Source: an uncultured Candidatus Saccharibacteria bacterium
Lineage (GTDB): Bacteria > Patescibacteriota > Doudnabacteria > UBA920
NCBI GenBank assembly: GCA_964453265.1
Contig: CAYVNU010000003.1
Location: 3,957 to 67,956 of the forward strand
Direction: 5' to 3'
DNA length: 64,000 bases
Below are positions 19,359 to 27,106 of this stretch, in pieces. The position numbers and the translations under genes are program-made. Positions within the stretch are counted from its first letter, which is position 1. Each line of letters starts with the position of its first letter. The notes under the pieces were generated by a model. That model was not told the DNA's origin and ran no database searches. It saw nothing but the letters and a program-made list of their open reading frames with translations.

Positions 19359-19462
19359 CTGGCATCCGACGGCTACAAGGGAGAGACAAACCACGCACAG
19401 TGGCGTCCGTCTCTCCCTACCCTTTATTAGTCCTTAATAAATTAAGCATTAATAATAGGTAT

Positions 19463-19786
19463 ATGAAATTATTACTCAAAGGCTTAGGCGCAAGCCAAGG
19501 CACAGTAGAGGGTGAAGCTAAAATCTTTTTACCCGGGGAAGCTAATAAAGACTTTCCGGAAGGCGCGATTTTAGTTACCACCTTAACCGACCCGACCATG
19601 GTTCAGGCCATGGTTAAAGCCGTAGGTATTGTTACAGATATTGGCGGCATCACTTCTCACCCAGCAATTTTAAGTCGGGAAATGGGTATTCCTTGCGTAG
19701 TTAGCACTAAACAAGGTACTCAAATAATTAAAGACGGGATGAAAATTTTTATTGACGGTACAAAAGGAGAAGTTTATGCCGTATAA
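19463..19786 (+). CDS. stand-alone PEP-utilizing enzyme mobile (phosphohistidine swivel) domain protein
   Basis: GIVTDIGGITSHPAILSREMGIPCVVS matches GGxTSHAAIxARExGIPxVVG motif of PEP synthase/PPDK central domain; start set at MKLLLKG. Confidence 0.75.
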   Translation: MKLLLKGLGASQGTVEGEAKIFLPGEANKDFPEGAILVTTLTDPTMVQAMVKAVGIVTDIGGITSHPAILSREMGIPCVVSTKQGTQIIKDGMKIFIDGTKGEVYAV

Positions 19787-19829
19787 AGTCTTCTAAAAAA
19801 TTATTTATAAACATTAACCTGATTTAAAT

Positions 19830-20954
19830 ATGATTCAATCTGCCAATTCAAAAGAAATTCCAGAGAATAAAAACTGGATTAGAGATTTTGCCCAAGCGTC
19901 TTTTAAACTATATTCGGGTAATACTATAGATGCATTCCAGCCTCTAGACTTTTTTCATTTTTACCCGCTCTGGTACGATTTATGGGTAAACAGATTTATG
20001 TCTGTAATGGATGTTTTACAATGCGATTATAAAAGCTATCAAGAATTAAAACACTTATTACCCGTACCTTCCAGTATGAGAGCAATTTTACAAAAGCTCA
20101 TCCCAACTTTTGCAGGCGTAGACCCCATGCATGCAAAAAACTTTGGTAGGATGGCAAATTTTTTCACGCGCATGCTTAAAGAAAGCTGTGCGGAAGACCC
20201 TTTTGGTTTTAGCCACAACCCTCTTCATACCAGAAATGAACTAAACGAAATAATTCAAAACACCCCCTGGCAACCAGCAACTCCCGAAATTGCCAAACAA
20301 CTAGGACAACTAATTACCGCAGCCGGCTCCTTAGTGCACGGCTTATATAATGACGTAGTTACAGATTTCGGTTGGGATGCCTATGGACCTTACAACATAG
20401 TTTTGCCTGAAAAAAAATATCAAATAATTATTCGTCACTTTCCAGATCTTGCGCCAAAAGAAATATGGGAAAGTAAATTTTTAACACCGGTTCAAGATAT
20501 AAAAATCTATCAATTTTACGAAAACGTAGAATGGGAATTAGCTTTTTTAGGCTGCCATACAGTGCTTAAATCGGGTAGCCCAGTACTTGGATTAAAATAC
20601 TTTGCCATATCTATAAACGAAAAATTTATTACCCCAAATATTATACAGCCCATAATACAAGAATTTAGCGAAAAAGCTGTTAGCATATATAAAGAAATTA
20701 GAAAAAAAGATTTTGAAGAATTAAAACAATTGGTAATGATTCAAGAATGCTACCAACTACACAAAATATTTTCTGCCGCCTACATGAACTGGCAGCCTAC
20801 GGAAGAAATGTTGGAAAAAATAAAAAACCAACCTCTTACTTCTAACTTATTACCTTTTGGCAGATTAATGACCAGCCTTGATGAATACAAAGAACTTTTT
20901 CATATAAATAAATTCGAAAAAGAAGTTTTAGACTTTCCCACTGTTAAGGCATAA
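19830..20954 (+). CDS. hypothetical protein (374 aa), possibly partner of the mobile-domain protein
   Basis: long ORF with lineage-typical codon usage, no recognisable motif. Confidence 0.5.
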   Translation: MIQSANSKEIPENKNWIRDFAQASFKLYSGNTIDAFQPLDFFHFYPLWYDLWVNRFMSVMDVLQCDYKSYQELKHLLPVPSSMRAILQKLIPTFAGVDPMHAKNFGRMANFFTRMLKESCAEDPFGFSHNPLHTRNELNEIIQNTPWQPATPEIAKQLGQLITAAGSLVHGLYNDVVTDFGWDAYGPYNIVLPEKKYQIIIRHFPDLAPKEIWESKFLTPVQDIKIYQFYENVEWELAFLGCHTVLKSGSPVLGLKYFAISINEKFITPNIIQPIIQEFSEKAVSIYKEIRKKDFEELKQLVMIQECYQLHKIFSAAYMNWQPTEEMLEKIKNQPLTSNLLPFGRLMTSLDEYKELFHINKFEKEVLDFPTVKA

Positions 20955-20965
20955 AGCCTTAATCC

Positions 20966-21017
20966 CGTATGTCACCCGCACAAGGATTCCCCTTGTTGTT
21001 TACAAGGGGAATCCTTG
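20966..21017 (+). terminator. terminator-like perfect 17-bp hairpin
   Basis: cacaaggattccccttg-ttgttta-caaggggaatccttgtg followed by ttta; second 7-bp hairpin tgtcaag/cttgaca just downstream. Confidence 0.55.
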
Positions 21018-21184
21018 TGTTTACCTCATGTCAAGACATAGAGCCTTGACAGAAAGGGTAAAAAATAATAAAATATTTTGAAAATCCCGGGCTTTTTTCT
21101 GGGATTTTTAATTTTAAAAATAGCAGGGGGACTGTATTCATGTCTGCTAAATAGCTAAAAATAGCTTTTGGTTATTTTGCGGAC

Positions 21185-21865
21185 ATGAAAAATCATATTA
21201 TTCTTTTGGCCACGCTATGCGTGGCCACCCTGTGTCCAAGGGGGGCGCTTGGACAATGGGAGGCCGAGGCGCGGCTGGCGCCTCACACTCCCAAAGAATT
21301 TTCGGAAGGACATGGCGAGTCCTTCCGGAACGTGGGGGAGGCATGGTTCCGTCTCCCCTCCCTGCGGGGTTTCCGCGGGGAAACAGGAGCCTTCCGGACC
21401 GGCGACTCGTTTGTCGCCGTGTTCGGAGTTGAAAAGGAGTTGGCACACGACCAACTCCTGCCAGGCATTTTTGCCTGGGTTGATTCCGGCGGCATCCGGC
21501 CTGCCGCTGGGATCTCGTGGGCTCGGCATAGCCGAGTAGCTTTAGAGGGGCACGCCATTATGGCGTCCCCGAAAAAACTGCTCGGCCGCAGTGACGCAAG
21601 CCTAAGCCTCACAAGAGGCTTTGCGCTTGGTGTTACTGCCGAGCTAGACCCTGCCCCACACGGCAGGGCGTGGGGTTTGGGGCCTCACGTTAAAAAACAA
21701 ATCAAAGGAGCCGAGCTGGTGCTCGGCCACCTTTGGAAAATTGAAGGGGAAGGAGCCGAACGCCACGGCGAACCTTCCACTCACCCCATGAACCGCGAAT
21801 GGTTCGTGGGTATTAAATTCGCTCTCGGCCACCCCAAGGCCGAGGGCAAAAAATCTCACCACTAG
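21185..21865 (+). CDS. secreted hypothetical protein on second GC-rich (about 62%) island; possible outer-membrane beta-barrel/lipid A deacylase-like
   Basis: N-terminal signal peptide MKNHIILLATLCVATLCPRGALGQ, glycine/aromatic-rich, C-terminal EWFVGIKFALGHP; all six frames open across 21198-21862 as expected for GC-rich coding DNA. Confidence 0.5.
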   Translation: MKNHIILLATLCVATLCPRGALGQWEAEARLAPHTPKEFSEGHGESFRNVGEAWFRLPSLRGFRGETGAFRTGDSFVAVFGVEKELAHDQLLPGIFAWVDSGGIRPAAGISWARHSRVALEGHAIMASPKKLLGRSDASLSLTRGFALGVTAELDPAPHGRAWGLGPHVKKQIKGAELVLGHLWKIEGEGAERHGEPSTHPMNREWFVGIKFALGHPKAEGKKSHH

Positions 21866-21876
21866 CTGATGAGTAG

Positions 21877-21912
21877 GGGCCAGGACATAGCGTTCCTGTC
21901 CCCTTGTTTTTT
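21877..21912 (+). terminator. rho-independent terminator
   Basis: cagga-catagcg-ttcctg hairpin then ccccttgTTTTTTTTc. Confidence 0.6.
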
Positions 21913-22028
21913 TTCTGCAATTTTGGTAAAATACGAAAAGTCTGAGTAATTAAATTTTTCATCCGTGTCGGATAAATTTTATTATCAGATAAGCATAATA
22001 CATTATTCTTAATACATAATACTTTTCT

Positions 22029-22298
22029 ATGCCAAATACTAAATCCGCAATGAAAGCCATGCGCCAGTCTATTACCAGACGCGCACGAAACATTGCCCAA
22101 AAAGATACTTTTAAAACCGCAGTTAAAGAAGTAAAAAAACTTATTACTGCCGGCAAAAAATCTGAAGCCATGGAAGCCATGAAAAAGGCTATGTCCACTT
22201 TAGACAAAGCCGTTAAAAAAGGAGTAATTAAGAAAAATACTTCTTCTCGAAAAAAATCCAGAATGGCAAAAGCTATAGCAAAATTAAAAACCGCTTAA
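22029..22298 (+). CDS. rpsT: 30S ribosomal protein S20
   Basis: MPNTKSAMKAMRQSITRRARN N-terminus and lysine/alanine-rich 89 aa typical of bS20; terminator hairpin aaaaccgc-ttaa-ggcggttttt overlaps stop. Confidence 0.9.
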   Translation: MPNTKSAMKAMRQSITRRARNIAQKDTFKTAVKEVKKLITAGKKSEAMEAMKKAMSTLDKAVKKGVIKKNTSSRKKSRMAKAIAKLKTA

Positions 22299-22306
22299 GG
22301 CGGTTT

Positions 22307-22719
22307 TTAATTTGTATAAAGTATTATGTATTGGGTATTGGGTATAAGGCTTCTACAGCTCTTAATTAAACCATGTATTAACTTATCGCACTTTAATGAT
22401 TGGTTTTCGATCTCCCTATACTTTTCTTCTTCTAAATAACCAATTCCTTTACTTAAATCTGCCTGGCTCCTAACTTCTGTTAGAGAGCCCAAAGCTGTAT
22501 AATAAAATTGAATCTTTTCCTTAAATGAATTTCTGCTAAAGCCTTCGCAATATTTGAAGCAATGGAAATTACAGCCCGTCTTATTTGCGATGTAATGCCA
22601 AACAATTCTTCTTTTGGAAAATTTTTAGTAATCTTATAGACTAAAATAGCTAGATTATAAGCTTCCTGCCAAGCGTATAAATCACGAAATGATTGTATTT
22701 TGTTTTGCGCCTTATACAT
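22307..22719 (-). pseudogene. four-helix-bundle protein gene (23S rRNA intervening-sequence protein family) disrupted by a -1 frameshift
   Basis: N-terminal part QSFRDLYAWQEAYNLAILVYKITKNFPKEELFGITSQIRRAVISIASNIA then frame change; +2 frame continues EGFSRNSFKEKIQFYYTALGSLTEVRSQADLSKGIGYLEEEKY, i.e. the family consensus NIAEGFxRxSxKEFxxFLxIAxGSLxE; a single missing G at about 22541-22547 restores the frame. Confidence 0.7.
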
Positions 22720-22739
22720 TATACCTAATACCTAATACC
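22328..22739. mobile_element. inverted-repeat-flanked cassette carrying the four-helix-bundle pseudogene (IVS-like hairpin element)
   Basis: about 20-bp terminal inverted repeats made of GGTATT(A/G) heptamers: gtattgggtattgggtata (22328-22346) and tatacctaatacctaatacc (22720-22739); repeats abut the start codon and overlap the C-terminal codons. Confidence 0.55.
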
Positions 22740-22743
22740 TATT

Positions 22744-23763
22744 TTATTTTTTATTTATCAAATTGACTACTAGCTTTACCATTACTTCCTTCTGGCCTCT
22801 GTCGCTCTCCGCAACTAAGAGCGCCAGAGCAGCTAAAGCGGTGTCGTTAATTTTTCGCTCACCCTTTTTATTAAGCAGATAATTATTTTCAACTAAGAAA
22901 AGTAAAAACAACAAAGACCCAATGCGTTTATTGCCATCAACAAACGGATGGTCCTTAATACAAAAATAAAGCAAATGAGCAGCTTTTTCTTCTATGGAAG
23001 GATACAAAACTTTTTTATCAAAAGTCTGTTCAATGTTGCCTAAAACAGCTTTAAATTTTTCCCCCACCTCTTGCCCAAACAAACCACCCGCTTCTTTTTT
23101 AACTCCCAACCTTTGTTTAAATTGTAAAATAGATTTTTTTACCTCTTCATACTTTAGACTTTTAGACTCTTTCTTGCTTACGTCCTCTATTTTTAGCTCG
23201 CCTTTGTCATACAAATTCAAAACCGCCCAAGTGTTGGCATAGTCAGAAATAATACTTAACAGTTCTTTTTCGTAACCTGTGGCTTTTTGCGCCTGTATTA
23301 AATTCTGAAATAATTTAACAGTTTGCTGAAGTTCTTTTAAATGTAAATCATGTTCCTTCTTTAATTCCGTAAGCCTTTTTTCATTAACCGCATAGCCTTT
23401 AAGCAAATAATCTTTTAGCCTCTGAGTCGCCCAAATACGGAATTGAGTGCCGCGTTTAGACCTAACTCTATACCCCACAGATATAATTACATCTAGGTTG
23501 TAAAAATTTACAGACCTCTCTACTTGCTTTGAACCCTCGGTTTGAACTACCCGGAATTTCCGGGTAGTTTGATTTTGGCTTAATTCAGCCTCTTTATAAA
23601 GACTCTGGATATGTTCCGATATGGTATCCCTATCTTTATCAAACAGGTCAGCCATTTGAGCCTGATTAAGCCAAACAGTTTCGTCTTCTAATTTTACTTG
23701 AATCTCTGTGCCCGTCTGATCCTTGTATATAATAATTTCACCTTTTTTTATTTCTTCGGTCAT
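22744..23763 (-). CDS. RhuM-family N-terminal domain fused to Fic/DOC domain protein
   Basis: N-terminal WLNQAQMADLFDKDRDTISEHI...RKFRVVQTEGSKQVERSVNFYNLDVIISVGYRVRSKRGTQFRIWAT matches RhuM virulence-protein family; C-terminal HPFVDGNKRIGS is the Fic HPFx[DE]GNGR motif with K for G. Confidence 0.7.
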   Translation of the reverse strand: MTEEIKKGEIIIYKDQTGTEIQVKLEDETVWLNQAQMADLFDKDRDTISEHIQSLYKEAELSQNQTTRKFRVVQTEGSKQVERSVNFYNLDVIISVGYRVRSKRGTQFRIWATQRLKDYLLKGYAVNEKRLTELKKEHDLHLKELQQTVKLFQNLIQAQKATGYEKELLSIISDYANTWAVLNLYDKGELKIEDVSKKESKSLKYEEVKKSILQFKQRLGVKKEAGGLFGQEVGEKFKAVLGNIEQTFDKKVLYPSIEEKAAHLLYFCIKDHPFVDGNKRIGSLLFLLFLVENNYLLNKKGERKINDTALAALALLVAESDRGQKEVMVKLVVNLINKK

Positions 23764-24079
23764 AAATCTCCTTTGAATAAGGTAATATTGACTTTTCTAA
23801 CATTGGCTTATTCATAAGTATTTTTGCCTATGTTCCAAAATGGAACTTATGGCCAGTTACCCGGAATTTCCAGATAACTCAACTGTTTCCATTTTAAAAA
23901 AAATGCGTGTTCTCTTGTGCATTTATAGTATACAATCGTTTACCTAGCGTCAAACCCGCTAGAAAGCCTAACAAATAAGGGTTAACAATATTTTATCCAC
24001 TGTGTAATTTAAAAAGCTTTCTACTAGGTCTTATTGAGCCCTATAAATTTTGATCATTTTTACCTTGCCCGCCGTAGCA

Positions 24080-27028
24080 TTAGCGAAGGAGAGTCATTTC
24101 TTCCATCTCTCCCCAATTATCCCCCACCTTGCCTTCCACTTTTATAGGAACCGAAAGTGATATAGCTTGTTCCATCATTGGAATTAACTTCTTCGCCCAC
24201 TCCTCCACTTTGTCTTCCTTTACCTCAAAAACCAATTCGTCATGCACCTGAAGTAGCATGCGAATTTCCGAGCTTATTGGCTTATTAGCTGAACCGATTA
24301 TTAGCTTGTGAATATTAATCATCGCCACTTTAATTACATCGGCCGCCAAACTCTGAATAGGAAAATTCACTGCCGCTCTTTCCGCTGCCGCGCGTATAAA
24401 AAATTGCCCTGACTTTATTTCCGGAAACTTTCGCATTCGGCCTAGCTCATTACGTACAAAACCTTCTTGGTTAACTTGGAGCTTTACCTGCTCTATATAC
24501 TGCTCAACCTGGGGGTAAGCTTCAAAATATTTTCTTATGTATTGTTTCGCGTCGCCCATTGTCATTTCGCCAACTCGTGCCGATAAACCAAAACTAGATA
24601 CTCCATACAAAATTCCAAAGTTAATAGTTTTGGCATCACGCCGCATATCTTTTGTAAGTTGTTCTGATGATACGCCAAAAATTTCCATAGCCGTCTTACT
24701 ATGAATATCTTCACCATTCTTAAACACTTCCATCATCTTTTTGTCTTTAGCCAAATGCGCCACAATGCGAAGCTCTATTTGGGAATAGTCTAAAGACAAA
24801 AGTTTATAACCTTTTTCCGCCACAAAGGCTTTTCTTACCTGACTGCCCAAGCCTTCACCCCGCACAGGGATGTTCTGCAAATTAGGGTCAATGCTGGAAA
24901 GCCGCCCCGTTGCCGCAATAGTTTGGTTATAACTCGTATGTAGCCTGCCGGTTTTTTTATTTACCATTTCCGGTAAAGTTGTAAGATAGGTACTATACAA
25001 CTTTGTAACCTCTCTATACTCTAAAATTTTTGGAATTATGTCGTGCTGTCCAAGCATCTTCTCCAAGTTATCAGCAGAAGTTGAAACGCCCGTCTTAGTG
25101 CGCTTGTTATTCGTCGCCTCAAGCTTCATTTCGTCAAACAAAACTTCTTTAAGCTGCTTAGGCGAAGCTATATTAAATTCGTGTCCGGCTAATTTATGAA
25201 TTTTCTTTTCTAAATCTTTAATATCTATTTCCGCCTCCCCGGCAAGACGGTTTAAAAGCCTAACGTCTAACTTAATGCCGTTTAATTCCACGTCTGCTAA
25301 AACTTCCATTAAGGGCATTTCTATTTCTGTAAATACTTTAGTAAGATTATTCTTTTTAAGTTCCGGTTCAAACAACTCTTTTAAACGCAAAGTCATATCT
25401 ACGTCTTCACAGCAATACCAACTGACTTTCTCCTTTGGTACTTGATCCATTGTGATTTGGTTCTTACCGACCCCAATTAGATCGGTTATGGGCTGCATTT
25501 GGTAGCCCAGTTCGTTAAAAGCCAAAGCATCTAAACCGTGCTGTCGAGTACCGGCGTTAAGCAAGTACGATGCGATCATGGTATCAAAACTAGCAGTAAG
25601 TTGTAAGTTGTAAGTTGTAAGTACTTGCTTGTCGTACTTTATGTTGTGACCAATTAACTTAACCTTACCCGATGTAAGCAGGGTTTTTAGTTCAGTCGAT
25701 GATGTAAAAAGTTTCGCCGGAACATAAAAAGCCTTACCTGGCTTATCGCATAACCCAACTCCCACTAATTCCGCGGTAATTGGGTCAAGGCCTGTGGTTT
25801 CTGTGTCTACACTAATTTCTAAAGCAGATGACAATCCCTTCATCATCTTCTGTAATTTTTCTTCTGTATCAACAAACTCATAATCCTGCTTTCCAATACT
25901 ACCACCTCCCCCGCCTGCGGCGGGTACTCCTCCTGTTCCAGGAGGAGAGCTTCCACCGTCGCTAAAACTACGGCGGTCAGTCTGCAGCTCGCCCGACGAA
26001 GCCTTGGCGAAGTCGGGAGCCTCCCCTCCTAATATAGGAGGGGTGTCGCCGTTAGGCGACGGGGTGGTATTTTTCGGCAACTTATTCAACAAATTCCTAA
26101 ACTCCAAACTCTGAAATAACTTCACAGTCTGTGACAAATGTTCTTGGTCTAATTCGTAAGCTTTTATTTCCGGGTCTATGCCCGGCACGTTGCACACTAT
26201 AGTAGAAAGTTCGTAAGACATTTTAGCCTGATCTTCCTGCTCAAGCAATAAATTAAGTATTCTGGATTTGAAATTGGAAATTTTAAAATTATTTGGAAAT
26301 TGGAAATTGGAAATTGGAAATTTGGCGCCTTGGGTTTTAGCTTCAAGATGCAATTTATCGTACAATTTTTCCAATGATCCAAAATATTTAATTAACTCGC
26401 TGGCGCCTTTCTCTCCTATGCCTTTAACTCCCGGAATGTTGTCACTCGGGTCACCTCTTAAAGCTTTGTAGTCCACCATTTGGTCAGGGTTCAGCCCAAA
26501 CCTAGCTCTTACCGCTTTACTGTCGTATATAACTGTATCTGCAAGTCCTTTGCGCGGCGTGTAAATTTTTACTTTGCCGTTTACTAACTGCAAAGTATCC
26601 ATATCGCCGGTTAAAATAAATATTTCAGAATTCTCGTGACTTTTTTCATGAAAGTGTTTAGACAGCGTGCCTAAAACGTCATCCGCCTCAAAACCTTCCT
26701 TTTCGTAAATTGGCACATTCATTGCGCGCAACACATTTTTAATAACCGGTATTTGGTCGTACAAAGCCTGGTCAGCTTTTACTCTGGTTGCTTTATATTC
26801 TTTATATTTTTCATGCCTAAAAGTCGGCCCGGCTAAGTCAAAAGTCGCAGCTACATGAGTAGCCTTAATTTCCTTCATGGCCTTTAAAAATATAGTTAAA
26901 AACCCAAATACGGCGCCCGTCGGCCTACCGTCTTTGGTAGTTAAAGTAGGCAAAGCATGGTACGCCCTATGTACCAAAGCATTACCGTCTATAAGTAAAT
27001 AACGTTCTTTTTGTACTTTTTCCGGCAT
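24080..27028 (-). CDS. polA: DNA polymerase I (5'-3' exonuclease, 3'-5' exonuclease and polymerase domains) with low-complexity inserts
   Basis: 982 aa; 5' nuclease N-terminus, polymerase motifs LSLDYSQIELRIVAHL (motif A) and QVHDELVFE (motif C); GC-rich insert 25899-26072 and 7-bp microsatellites inside the linker. Confidence 0.93.
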   Translation of the reverse strand: MPEKVQKERYLLIDGNALVHRAYHALPTLTTKDGRPTGAVFGFLTIFLKAMKEIKATHVAATFDLAGPTFRHEKYKEYKATRVKADQALYDQIPVIKNVLRAMNVPIYEKEGFEADDVLGTLSKHFHEKSHENSEIFILTGDMDTLQLVNGKVKIYTPRKGLADTVIYDSKAVRARFGLNPDQMVDYKALRGDPSDNIPGVKGIGEKGASELIKYFGSLEKLYDKLHLEAKTQGAKFPISNFQFPNNFKISNFKSRILNLLLEQEDQAKMSYELSTIVCNVPGIDPEIKAYELDQEHLSQTVKLFQSLEFRNLLNKLPKNTTPSPNGDTPPILGGEAPDFAKASSGELQTDRRSFSDGGSSPPGTGGVPAAGGGGGSIGKQDYEFVDTEEKLQKMMKGLSSALEISVDTETTGLDPITAELVGVGLCDKPGKAFYVPAKLFTSSTELKTLLTSGKVKLIGHNIKYDKQVLTTYNLQLTASFDTMIASYLLNAGTRQHGLDALAFNELGYQMQPITDLIGVGKNQITMDQVPKEKVSWYCCEDVDMTLRLKELFEPELKKNNLTKVFTEIEMPLMEVLADVELNGIKLDVRLLNRLAGEAEIDIKDLEKKIHKLAGHEFNIASPKQLKEVLFDEMKLEATNNKRTKTGVSTSADNLEKMLGQHDIIPKILEYREVTKLYSTYLTTLPEMVNKKTGRLHTSYNQTIAATGRLSSIDPNLQNIPVRGEGLGSQVRKAFVAEKGYKLLSLDYSQIELRIVAHLAKDKKMMEVFKNGEDIHSKTAMEIFGVSSEQLTKDMRRDAKTINFGILYGVSSFGLSARVGEMTMGDAKQYIRKYFEAYPQVEQYIEQVKLQVNQEGFVRNELGRMRKFPEIKSGQFFIRAAAERAAVNFPIQSLAADVIKVAMINIHKLIIGSANKPISSEIRMLLQVHDELVFEVKEDKVEEWAKKLIPMMEQAISLSVPIKVEGKVGDNWGEMEEMTLLR

Positions 27029-27106
27029 AAATTTTGAATTTAATAGGCTGTAATTTTATAATTAGCTAATTTTACGATACACTGTAATTATAAACTAAAA
27101 ACCTTT

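Noticed and set aside
21198-21862. Seven overlapping ORFs in all frames across the GC-rich island
   Set aside because: Expected stop-codon depletion in 62% GC DNA; only the signal-peptide-bearing + strand frame 21185-21865 has a sensible start and composition
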